Assembly: GCA_020348925.1 (NCBI GenBank)
Contig: CP070758.1
Location: 762,469 to 826,468, forward strand
Direction of reading: 5' to 3'
Source: Gemmatimonadota bacterium
GTDB lineage: Bacteria > JBHIER01 > G020348925
DNA length: 64,000 nucleotides
The notes under the pieces: generated by a model
Told to the model about the DNA's origin: nothing
Databases searched by the model: none
Seen by the model: only the letters and a program-made list of their open reading frames with translations
Shown: positions 40,092-49,261 of the stretch, piece by piece
Numbering within the stretch: position 1 is the first letter of the stretch
How the letters are laid out: each line of letters starts with the position of its first letter
Made by a program: the position numbers and the translations under genes

Positions 40092-41570
40092 ATGATGACC
40101 GAGACTAGTGACAAGCAACACCGCTTTCAACTGCAAGCCATTGCCCGTCGGGTGATGCGTGAGAGAGGACTTCTTCCAGAATACTCCTCTCAAGTGCTCA
40201 CCGAGCTTGAGAAAATTCACGGGCCAGCGAAACAGACCGCTGAATCGAGGCGGGATCTCAGGAACCTTCTCTGGTGTTCCATCGATAATGATGATTCGGA
40301 GGATCTGGATCAGCTTACCGTTGCCCAGGCCATGCCGGGCGGGGTCGCGAAGATCCTCGTCGCCGTAGCTGACGTTGACGCTGTGGTCAAGAAAGCGTCG
40401 GCGATTGACGACCACGCCAGGCAGAATACCACGTCGGTGTATACCGTTGCCGAGACGTTCTCCATGCTGCCCGAGAAACTCTCCACGGACATTACGTCGC
40501 TGAACCATGAAACGGATCGTCTGGCCATCGTCATTGAGATGGTTATCGGCAACGATGGATCGCTTATGAGTTCGGACCTCTATCCGGCGGCAGTGCGTAA
40601 CCGGGCGAAGCTCGCTTACAACAGCGTGGCCGACTGGCTGGACGGCAACGGACCGATGCTGCCGCAGATCGATGCGGTCAGCGGTCTTGAGGAAAGCCTT
40701 CAACTCCAGGACCGCGTGGCCCGGAAACTGAAAACGTTGCGGCACCAACATGGTGCCCTTGATCTGGAAACAATAGAGGCGCGGCCGGTTTTCTCCGGGG
40801 ATACGCTCGAGGACCTGGCGGCCGAAAAAAAGAACAGGGCCAGGGACATCATTGAAGATTTCATGATCGCCGCCAACGGTGTCACTGCACGGTATCTTGA
40901 GTCAAAAAAGTATCCGGCACTGCAGCGCGTCGTCCGCACGCCAAAACGCTGGGAGCGGATCGTCGAACTCGCCGCGGAGCATGATGTAAAGCTTCCTCAG
41001 GTACCCGACGCACAGGCCCTGGAGCGGTTTCTGCTTAAAGCCAGAGCCGCCGATCCGCTCAGGTTCCCCGATCTCTCTCTCAGTGTCATCAAGCTCATGG
41101 GGCCGGGGGAATACGCCGTGGGACTTTCGGACGGCAGTGTCGCCGGGCACTTCGGTCTCGCGGTCAAGGACTATGCTCACTCCACTGCTCCAAACCGTCG
41201 ATACCCTGATCTGATTACCCAGCGACTGCTTAAAGCGGCCCTGGCGAGTCATTCACCGCCTTACAGGACCGATGAACTGGAATCTCTCGCGAAGCACTGT
41301 ACAAAGCAGGAAGACGCTGCGAAAAAAGTCGAGCGGCAGGTTGAAAAATCGGGAGCAGCACTGCTGCTGGAATCGAGAATCGGCGAACAGTTCGAGGCCA
41401 TCGTCACCGGCGCGGCTGCCAAAGGCACGTGGGTCCGTCTTCTGCAACCGCCCATCGAAGGAAAACTGGAGATTGGTTTTGAAGGTGTGGATGTCGGCCA
41501 GCGTTTACGCGTCCAACTGATCCGCACGGACGTGGAGCGCGGGTTTATCGATTTTCAGAGAGTGTCATAA
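40092..41570 (+). CDS. RNB-domain exoribonuclease (RNase II/R family, lacking N-terminal cold-shock domains)
   Basis: SIDNDDSEDLDQ, IEDFMIAAN, HFGLA...YAHSTAPNRRYPDL. Confidence 0.9.
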   Translation: MMTETSDKQHRFQLQAIARRVMRERGLLPEYSSQVLTELEKIHGPAKQTAESRRDLRNLLWCSIDNDDSEDLDQLTVAQAMPGGVAKILVAVADVDAVVKKASAIDDHARQNTTSVYTVAETFSMLPEKLSTDITSLNHETDRLAIVIEMVIGNDGSLMSSDLYPAAVRNRAKLAYNSVADWLDGNGPMLPQIDAVSGLEESLQLQDRVARKLKTLRHQHGALDLETIEARPVFSGDTLEDLAAEKKNRARDIIEDFMIAANGVTARYLESKKYPALQRVVRTPKRWERIVELAAEHDVKLPQVPDAQALERFLLKARAADPLRFPDLSLSVIKLMGPGEYAVGLSDGSVAGHFGLAVKDYAHSTAPNRRYPDLITQRLLKAALASHSPPYRTDELESLAKHCTKQEDAAKKVERQVEKSGAALLLESRIGEQFEAIVTGAAAKGTWVRLLQPPIEGKLEIGFEGVDVGQRLRVQLIRTDVERGFIDFQRVS

Positions 41571-41717
41571 AGGGGGAGGTTTTTTACATGGAGAACCAAT
41601 ACCACTTCTGTCGATGGGTAAACGGAGTTCTGTATCAGATTGAACACACACACCCAAGTCCGTGAGTGATTACTTAAACGCTCGTTGAAATCGTTGTTTA
41701 AAAAAGGAGGAATGTCC

Positions 41718-43223
41718 ATGATGCCACGGTACGTGAGACGTTGGATTGTTGTGGGGGCACTTTTTGGGACATTGATGGTCTTGGCACCATGTTTGGTTCT
41801 GGAGATCTGGTCCTATGATGAACAAGAAGGGCAGTCAAGCCAGAATTCCGCGCAGCATGAGGATACGAAGGAGGTGCTGCGCCGGTTTTGCGCCGTCTTC
41901 GATGAGGTCGCAGATGAGGCCAGCCCGGTCGTCGTTTCGATCTTCGCCGAGCAGATCGTGAAAGTGCCGACCTTTGGATTGCCGGGTGATCCCTTCCGCG
42001 ATTTCTTCGGCCCTGACTTCTTCAAGCACTTTTTTGGACAGCAGCCTGAGGAGCGGGAGAGGCGTCAGAGAAGTCTGGGCTCCGGGGTCATTGTTTCAAA
42101 TGACGGGTATATCCTCACGAACAACCATGTCGTGGAAGGTGCCGACAAGCTAACCGTCATGCTGACGAGCGGAAAAAAGTATGAGGCCAGGATTGTGGGC
42201 ACTGATCCTCAGACCGACGTGGGCGTGATCAAGATTGAAGCACAGGATCTGCCCGCGGCGAAGCTGGGCGATTCGGACAAGGTGCGTGTGGGGGAGTGGG
42301 TCCTGGCCATCGGGAATCCCTTCGGATTGGCCAACACGGTTACGGCCGGTATCATCAGTGCCAAGGGGAGAGCCAACGTTGGATTGGCCGCGTATGAGGA
42401 TTTTCTCCAGACCGACGCGGCCATCAATCCGGGAAACTCCGGAGGCGCTTTGATCAACATGGACGGTGAACTGGTGGGAATCAACACCGCCATCTTCAGC
42501 CGGAGCGGCGGGTATCAGGGGATCGGCTTTGCTGTGCCGATCAATATGGCCAGAAGGGTCATGGAGGAGCTTCGGGATTCGGGCAAGGTTACCCGGGGGT
42601 ATTTGGCCCTGTTACCTCAGGATATCGATGAGAAGCTGGCCAAGGCGATGAATCTGAAGAGCACGGAAGGGTCCTTGGTGGGAAATGTGACCCCCGGCGG
42701 CCCGGCCGACAAGGCGGGTATAAAAAGGGGGGACGTCATCATAGAGGTCGATGGCAGCAAGATCAAGGACAGCACGCAGTTGCGAAACGTCGTCGCGGCG
42801 GTGAAACCGGGCACACAAGTACATATCACACTCCTCCGGGATGGAAAAGAGATGAAGGTGAGCGCTGAATTGGCCGAGCGTCCGACGGAGGTTGGGGCAA
42901 AGGCTCCGGAAAGAAGGGAAGAGAAAGCTGAGACAAAATTAGGCTTGAGCGTTCAGGATCTGACACCGGATATTGAAGAACAGTTGGGTTATAAAGGTGA
43001 GAAAGGCGCGGTCGTGACATCCGTGATTCCGGGAAGCCAGGCTGATGAGGCGGGGATTGCGTTGGGTGACCTGATCAAGGAGGTCAATCGGAAAGAGGTG
43101 ACATCGGCCAGCGAATTTTCAAAAAGTATCTCCCTGGCCAAAGGCGGCGATACGCTCCTTTTTCTCCTGCGCAGGGGGGAGAATACGTTCTTTGTCGCGG
43201 TGGAATTTCCAATGATACGTTAG
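41718..43223 (+). CDS. HtrA/DegP/DegQ serine protease with two PDZ domains
   Basis: LGSGVI, TNNHV, TDAAINPGNSGG; start placed after GGAGG. Confidence 0.95.
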   Translation: MMPRYVRRWIVVGALFGTLMVLAPCLVLEIWSYDEQEGQSSQNSAQHEDTKEVLRRFCAVFDEVADEASPVVVSIFAEQIVKVPTFGLPGDPFRDFFGPDFFKHFFGQQPEERERRQRSLGSGVIVSNDGYILTNNHVVEGADKLTVMLTSGKKYEARIVGTDPQTDVGVIKIEAQDLPAAKLGDSDKVRVGEWVLAIGNPFGLANTVTAGIISAKGRANVGLAAYEDFLQTDAAINPGNSGGALINMDGELVGINTAIFSRSGGYQGIGFAVPINMARRVMEELRDSGKVTRGYLALLPQDIDEKLAKAMNLKSTEGSLVGNVTPGGPADKAGIKRGDVIIEVDGSKIKDSTQLRNVVAAVKPGTQVHITLLRDGKEMKVSAELAERPTEVGAKAPERREEKAETKLGLSVQDLTPDIEEQLGYKGEKGAVVTSVIPGSQADEAGIALGDLIKEVNRKEVTSASEFSKSISLAKGGDTLLFLLRRGENTFFVAVEFPMIR

Positions 43224-43296
43224 TTTGTGAAAATTTTTTCTCTTTTATGAAGCGGTGTCCTGAACTGTCATTATTACAAAAAGGTGGTGATTCGAT

Positions 43297-43455
43297 ATGG
43301 CATCCGTTCGATGGGATCCGCGGAGGGAAATGGATCGAGTGTTTGACCGTTCCGCAACAAAGGATACCACGACCGTCAGAGGCGAGTCCAAGCAGGAAGA
43401 GGTTAAAATGAAATACCATGAGAGCTCCTCAGGGCCACGCTTCTTACTTTTGTGA
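43297..43455 (+). pseudogene. Internally deleted small heat-shock protein (Hsp20) remnant
   Basis: AAGGTGGTG RBS, then MASVRWDPRREMDRVFDRSATKDTTTVRGESKQEEVKMKYHE...*, which joins Hsp20 motifs RWDP..REMDR.FD and D.LT.RGE.KQE....YH. Confidence 0.65.
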
Positions 43456-43467
43456 AAGGAGAGAAGG

Positions 43468-44586
43468 ATGAGAACATCATGGCGTATTGGGAGGATCTTT
43501 GGGATTGAGATCTTTATTGATTCCAGTTGGCTCATCATCTTCGCTCTTATTACGTGGTCGTTGTCCAGTTTTTACTTTCCTCACTATCATCCTGGCTGGT
43601 CTGTTCGAATGTACTGGCTGATAGGAGTAACAACAAGCATCATATTTTTTATGTCTGTATTAATTCATGAGCTGGCTCATTCGCTGGTTGCCAAGAAGCA
43701 GGGGGAAGAAGTACGAAATATTACGCTCTTCATATTCGGTGGCGCAGCCCAGATTGCCGACGAGCCGGATCGACCGTCAAAGGAATTTCGTATGGCCATA
43801 GTTGGTCCTCTAACGAGCATAGCACTTGCAGTAGTTTTTGGAATTATCTGGTTGATCGCTCGAGAGATCAACCAACCGTTGGCTGCTTTGACGCGTTATG
43901 TTGCCTTTATCAACGTCATGCTGGCCCTTTTTAATTTGCTTCCCGGATTCCCCTTGGATGGCGGGCGCGTTCTGCGCTCCATCGTCTGGGGAGCAACAGG
44001 AAACTTTCGAAGAGCCACCCGAATTGCCACCTGGGCAGGACAGGTATTGGCTTTTATTTTCATTGTGTGGGGTATTATTCAGGTTTTTGCAGGTTCGTTC
44101 ATTGGTGGTTTATGGATAGCCTTCATAGGCTGGTTTTTGCACAGTGCGGCTTCGAGAAGCTACCATCAGGTTTTTCTGAGAGAAATGCTGCGAGGCGTAA
44201 GAGCAAAAGATCTGATGACAACAGATTTTAAAACTGTGACGGGAAATATGAGTGTTCAGAAGCTCATTGATGAATATGTGCTGCATCACGCGGGCCATGC
44301 ATTTCTTGTCGCGGAGAACGGACACATCGAGGGCATTGTGTGTTTGGAAGACATCAAAGTTGTTCCTCAGGAAAAGAGAGCGACAACTCTGGTCAGAGAA
44401 GTGATGACTCGGAAAGAAGAGTTGGCGACCGCGGCTCCCGAGGAGGATGGAAATGTCATTTTGAGCCGCCTCGGTTCAAGAGATGTGGGTCAGCTTCCGG
44501 TTATCGAGCGCGGTCAGGTGATCGGCATTTTGTGTCGCAGCGATATTCTTCGAAATTTGCAATTGCGCACTGAATTGGGCATTTAG
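43468..44586 (+). CDS. Site-2 protease (M50) with two CBS domains
   Basis: HELAH, FNLLPGFPLDGGR, C-terminal CBS pair. Confidence 0.95.
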   Translation: MRTSWRIGRIFGIEIFIDSSWLIIFALITWSLSSFYFPHYHPGWSVRMYWLIGVTTSIIFFMSVLIHELAHSLVAKKQGEEVRNITLFIFGGAAQIADEPDRPSKEFRMAIVGPLTSIALAVVFGIIWLIAREINQPLAALTRYVAFINVMLALFNLLPGFPLDGGRVLRSIVWGATGNFRRATRIATWAGQVLAFIFIVWGIIQVFAGSFIGGLWIAFIGWFLHSAASRSYHQVFLREMLRGVRAKDLMTTDFKTVTGNMSVQKLIDEYVLHHAGHAFLVAENGHIEGIVCLEDIKVVPQEKRATTLVREVMTRKEELATAAPEEDGNVILSRLGSRDVGQLPVIERGQVIGILCRSDILRNLQLRTELGI

Positions 44587-44657
44587 GATATTGAACGCAA
44601 AACACATTACTACCACGAGTAGGGTGCATACAGAAAAATATCACAGAGGTTTATAAA

Positions 44658-45617
44658 ATGATAGTATATGTATTGCTCGTTGTTGGATTTGTTTTTCTCA
44701 TAAAAGGCGCCGATTTTCTCGTCGTAGGTGCCTCTTCTATCGCCAGGCGGTTCAACGTTTCTGATCTGGTCGTCGGACTGACAGTTGTAGCCTTTGGCAC
44801 ATCGACGCCCGAGCTGTTTGTGAATATAATTGCTAGCATTAACGGAAATACCGGCATTGCGGTTGGTAATGTCCTGGGAAGTAATAGTGCCAATATTTTT
44901 CTTATTTTGGGTATATCCTCAATAATATATCCATTGAGTGTGGGCAAGGGAACGGTCTGGAAAGAGATCCCTCTCAGTCTCCTGGCAGCCCTAATGTTAG
45001 GTGTTTTGGCCAATGATGTGTTGATAGACGGAAACGTTTATTCTGCTTTAACCAGAATAGATGGGCTCGTGTTCATTGCCTTTTTTGTCATATTTCTCTA
45101 CTATTCATTCAGTATTGCCAAGAGAATTGAAGGAACGGAAGACCACGTTCCTACGAAGCAGTACAGGCTCGTTACGTCTTTTTTATTGGTCATATTGGGG
45201 CTTATCGGGCTGAGCCTTGGAGGCAAGTGGATTGTCGATGGGGCAGTGCGTATCGCTTCGGCTTTGGGTGTAAGTCAATCGATGATCGGCTTGACCATTG
45301 TTGCCGTAGGAACGTCTCTGCCAGAATTGGCGACCTCAGCGGTGGCCGCATCCAAGAAAAACGTTGAGATTGCCGTGGGCAACGTCGTTGGGTCGAACAT
45401 CTTCAATATCTTTTTTGTACTTGGAATCAGCTCAATCATCAATCCGATTCCTTTTCAACCCAAAAGTAATATAGATATTGGGGTGGTTTTGCTGGCAAGC
45501 GTCCTGTTGTTTGTCAATATGTTCACCGGCGGAAAACGTGTATTGGATAGATGGGAAGGAATTGTTTTTCTTGTTCTCTATGTCGTTTACATTGGATTTC
45601 TCATCTTTCAGGGTTAA
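44658..45617 (+). CDS. Calcium/sodium antiporter (YrbG, CaCA family)
   Basis: GTSTPE / GTSLPE alpha repeats, GNV.GSN twice. Confidence 0.93.
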   Translation: MIVYVLLVVGFVFLIKGADFLVVGASSIARRFNVSDLVVGLTVVAFGTSTPELFVNIIASINGNTGIAVGNVLGSNSANIFLILGISSIIYPLSVGKGTVWKEIPLSLLAALMLGVLANDVLIDGNVYSALTRIDGLVFIAFFVIFLYYSFSIAKRIEGTEDHVPTKQYRLVTSFLLVILGLIGLSLGGKWIVDGAVRIASALGVSQSMIGLTIVAVGTSLPELATSAVAASKKNVEIAVGNVVGSNIFNIFFVLGISSIINPIPFQPKSNIDIGVVLLASVLLFVNMFTGGKRVLDRWEGIVFLVLYVVYIGFLIFQG

Positions 45618-45678
45618 TGTATTCTAACACTCTGGAGATTTTTATTCGAAATTATGAAGGAACATAAAGGAGAGCACA

Positions 45679-46713
45679 ATGACAATCTTAATCTTCGTTG
45701 TCGGCTTCACTCTTCTAATTTCAGCCTCCTGCTCCCTGTTCGAAGCTGTCTTGTATTCCACCAGGATAGGAAAGCTTGAGGCCGATAGAAAAAAACCAGA
45801 GAAAAAAGCCCTGGCGTCCGCTTTTCTGAAAATGAAGCGGGAAATTGCCATACCTATTGCCGCCATACTCATCTTAAATACCTTCGCCAACACTGCAGGT
45901 GCAACACTTGCGGGTATGTATGCGGCCAAGGAGTTGGGTTCCCATATGGTGCCATTCTTTTCGATAGTGTTCACATTAGGGATTTTATTTCTTTCGGAAA
46001 TCCTGCCCAAGACTGCCGGGGCAGTGTACTGGAGAAGACTGTGGTTCCTTATCGTATGGCCTCTTATAATCATAAAATATATACTCTATCCGGCCATATA
46101 TATAGCACAGTCCTTTTCGAGGCTCATCACGAGGGGCAGTACCGTATCAAGGATAACCGAGGAAGAGATTTTGGCCGTCGTTCGCCTGGGGGCCAAAGAG
46201 GGTGAGATTTCGAAACAAGAGAGTCTCATGATCAACAACATCATTGAACTGGAAAATATACATGCTCGTGATATCATGACACCAAGAACGGTGGTCTTTT
46301 CACTGGAATCCAATCTCACCCTGCCAGAGGCTCTTGAGCTGGCCGATGCACAGGGCTTTACTCGTATACCCGTTTACGAAAAAGAGAAAGAAAATATAAT
46401 AGGATATGTGATGACGCACGATCTCAGCTCTGCAAAAAACATGACACAGCCTCCTCGGAGGCTTTCAGCAATTGCACGCCCTATTTCGTTTGTACCAGAG
46501 AATTGCGATTGTTTGCAATTACTCACTGACTTTTTAAAACACAGAAAGCACATTTCAGTCGTTTCAGACGAGTTCGGCGGTGTAGCCGGATTAGTAACTC
46601 TGGAGGATATCATTGAAACCCTATTAGGTAAAGAGATCATTGATGAAACCGATCAAATCGTTGATCTTCAAAAAAGCGCTCGAAAGAAGGGATCGAGCAA
46701 GAAGGAAAGGTAG
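45679..46713 (+). CDS. CNNM (DUF21) plus CBS domain protein
   Basis: SASCSLFEA, ILILNT.ANT, SEILPKT, IMTPR, DEFGG..GLVTLEDIIE. Confidence 0.9.
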   Translation: MTILIFVVGFTLLISASCSLFEAVLYSTRIGKLEADRKKPEKKALASAFLKMKREIAIPIAAILILNTFANTAGATLAGMYAAKELGSHMVPFFSIVFTLGILFLSEILPKTAGAVYWRRLWFLIVWPLIIIKYILYPAIYIAQSFSRLITRGSTVSRITEEEILAVVRLGAKEGEISKQESLMINNIIELENIHARDIMTPRTVVFSLESNLTLPEALELADAQGFTRIPVYEKEKENIIGYVMTHDLSSAKNMTQPPRRLSAIARPISFVPENCDCLQLLTDFLKHRKHISVVSDEFGGVAGLVTLEDIIETLLGKEIIDETDQIVDLQKSARKKGSSKKER

Positions 46714-46896
46714 GATTTGTTTGGATCGTTTATCATGGATATTCTGGTTGACCGTAAGTTGAAAATGATGTACCTTTGGTTTTGAAGTCTGCAGAGATAC
46801 AGCGCCTGGAAAGTAGAAGAGTTATACCAACGGAGAACAAAAATCGTTAGGCTCATCGCAATGGTTGTTAAGTCATATTCATAGGAGGTAGTACTC

Positions 46897-47811
46897 ATGG
46901 GTTTCAAGAATGTACTCCATACCATTTGGGTTTGGTTTCTATCGTCAGGACTCAAAATAATTTTAATTGCATTTGTTACGTTAATAATTATTAAAGTGGT
47001 GTCCCTTTTCACATCTCGATTAACAGAATTGTTTAGTAAGAGGAGGGTAGATGAGGAATCAAAGAAACGGGCTGCCACATTGAGTTCTGTTATTAAGAAC
47101 TTGTTGATTGTTGTGATCCTGGTCATTGCCCTTATCACTGTATTGGGAGAAATCGGAATAGAAATAGGCCCTATTTTAGCTGCAGCCGGAATTGTAGGGT
47201 TGGCGGTCGGATTTGGAGCACAGAGCTTGGTGAAAGATGTCATTAATGGATTCTTTATCTTGCTGGAAGATCAAATCAGAGAAGGAGATATTGTTCAAAT
47301 TGCTGGAAAAGGCGGTCTTGTTGAGAGAGTAACACTGAAAATGACTGTTCTTCGCGATCTGGCAGGTACGGTTCATTTTATTCCGAATGGTCATATAGAT
47401 GTGGTCTCGAATATGACAAAAGGATATTCTCGGTATATATTTGATGTCGGAGTCGCTTACCGGGAGAATGTCGATGAAGTGATCGACGTTATGAAAGAAG
47501 TTGATGAAGATCTTCGGAACGATCCTGATTATAAGGATGACATATTAGAACCGATTGAGATATTAGGTCTGGATAAGTTTGATAATTCTGCAGTGATTAT
47601 TAGAGCTCGTACAATGACAAAGCCGAGTAAACAATGGCGTGTCGGCCGCGAGTTCAATCGCCGTCTCAAGAGGGTATTTGATGAGCGAAATATTGAAATA
47701 CCGTTCCCGCACGTGACCCTTTACATGGGAAAGGACAAACAGGACACAGCGGCACCGTTGCACATACTCATGGAAGAAAGGGAAAAAGCGGCTCCGAATG
47801 TGTCAAAATAA
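46897..47811 (+). CDS. MscS-family mechanosensitive channel (YbiO-like)
   Basis: GLAVGFGAQSLVKD..NGFFILLEDQ, IPNG, IEIPFPH. Confidence 0.93.
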   Translation: MGFKNVLHTIWVWFLSSGLKIILIAFVTLIIIKVVSLFTSRLTELFSKRRVDEESKKRAATLSSVIKNLLIVVILVIALITVLGEIGIEIGPILAAAGIVGLAVGFGAQSLVKDVINGFFILLEDQIREGDIVQIAGKGGLVERVTLKMTVLRDLAGTVHFIPNGHIDVVSNMTKGYSRYIFDVGVAYRENVDEVIDVMKEVDEDLRNDPDYKDDILEPIEILGLDKFDNSAVIIRARTMTKPSKQWRVGREFNRRLKRVFDERNIEIPFPHVTLYMGKDKQDTAAPLHILMEEREKAAPNVSK

Positions 47812-47841
47812 AAAGAAAGATTACCGGGGAGGTGAATAAGA

Positions 47842-48906
47842 ATGCCAAGGTTTTTTAAGAGAGTGTCGAAGAAGGTCGGCCTTTCTCCCGGAACGCTCGT
47901 ATACACCGGCAAGGAACGGGTTGAGAAAGTCGGGATAAGCATCATTGATTATGATCAATCCCAATTTGAGGAAAAAGAAGCCAAGAGTGTTGAGGAATGT
48001 TTTCCTTTCAAGGAAAAACCAACTGTGACCTGGATCAACGTTGACGGTATTCACGAGCCGGAGATTGTGGAGAAGATAGGGAAATATTTTGAGGTACATC
48101 CTCTTGTTTTGGAGGACATTGTGCATACGGATCAACGTCCGAAGATTGAGGATTTTGACAAGTACATCTTCGTTGTTCTGAAGATGCTGTTGTATGACGA
48201 AGAGAAGAGTGAGGTAAAATCTGAGCAGATCAGTTTGATTCTTGGTCCAAATTTTGTCATTTCTTTTCAAGAGACAAAGAAGGATGTTTTCGATGCGGTC
48301 AGAGATCGAATTCGGAATGCAAAGGGTCGCATCAGAAAGATGGGAGCCGACTACCTTACTTACGCATTAGTGGATGCCGTTGTTGATCACTACTTTGTCA
48401 TTTTAGAAAAGTTTGGTGAAAGAATAGAAAGTTTGGAAGAAGAACTTGTCACCGATCCAAAACAGGAAACCTTGCAGGAGATACATGTTTTAAAGCGAGA
48501 GATGATATTCTTGCGCAAATCGGTCTGGCCGCTTAGAGAAGTTATTAGTAATTTAACACGTGGTGAATCGGCTCTGATACAGGATGCAACCGGCATCTTT
48601 TTGAGAGATGTCTATGACCACACAATTCAGGTCATCGATACCGTAGAGACATTCAGAGATATAGTTTCAGGAATGCTTGATACTTATCTGTCCAGTGTCA
48701 GCAATCGCATGAATGAGGTCATGAAGGTGTTGACCATCATTGCCACCATATTCATTCCCTTAACGTTTATCGCCGGAATCTATGGAATGAATTTTGAGTT
48801 CATGCCTGAGTTGAAGTGGAGATTGGGATACTTTGCCGCTCTTTTTGTAATGGTCGTCATAATAGCAGGAATGGTCATCTATTTCAGAAGGAAGAGATGG
48901 CTCTAA
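47842..48906 (+). CDS. corA: Magnesium/cobalt transporter
   Basis: HPLVLEDI, QRPK.E, MNEVMKVLT, YGMNF..MPEL. Confidence 0.96.
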   Translation: MPRFFKRVSKKVGLSPGTLVYTGKERVEKVGISIIDYDQSQFEEKEAKSVEECFPFKEKPTVTWINVDGIHEPEIVEKIGKYFEVHPLVLEDIVHTDQRPKIEDFDKYIFVVLKMLLYDEEKSEVKSEQISLILGPNFVISFQETKKDVFDAVRDRIRNAKGRIRKMGADYLTYALVDAVVDHYFVILEKFGERIESLEEELVTDPKQETLQEIHVLKREMIFLRKSVWPLREVISNLTRGESALIQDATGIFLRDVYDHTIQVIDTVETFRDIVSGMLDTYLSSVSNRMNEVMKVLTIIATIFIPLTFIAGIYGMNFEFMPELKWRLGYFAALFVMVVIIAGMVIYFRRKRWL

Positions 48907-48972
48907 AACAGAGGAAGAGAAAGAACATCCGAGTATTTTACGAAAAGTTATTTCGACGGGGGAGAAAATCTC

Positions 48973-49167
48973 ATGAAAGGGAAGACTCTTGTTATTGCCG
49001 TTGTGCTTATTCTGTTCTTGATTGTTTTAGTACAGAATACCCAAATTGTTACGGTAAAGTTGTTTTTCTGGGATATGAGTATGTCTCGAATTATACTCAT
49101 CTTTTTAGCAATGCTTATCGGCTTTGTTGTGGGATACTTTCTTCAAAAATTGAGGCATAAAGGGTAG
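48973..49167 (+). CDS. LapA-family small membrane protein
   Basis: Two hydrophobic segments around QNT..V.V.LFFW. Confidence 0.7.
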   Translation: MKGKTLVIAVVLILFLIVLVQNTQIVTVKLFFWDMSMSRIILIFLAMLIGFVVGYFLQKLRHKG

Positions 49168-49261
49168 AAATCGAAAGTGAAACAATAGAAACGTTACGTT
49201 CATCTGTTATAGAATTTGAATCCTATTACATGATAGAAGACGGAAAATTCTTTTCATAGAT

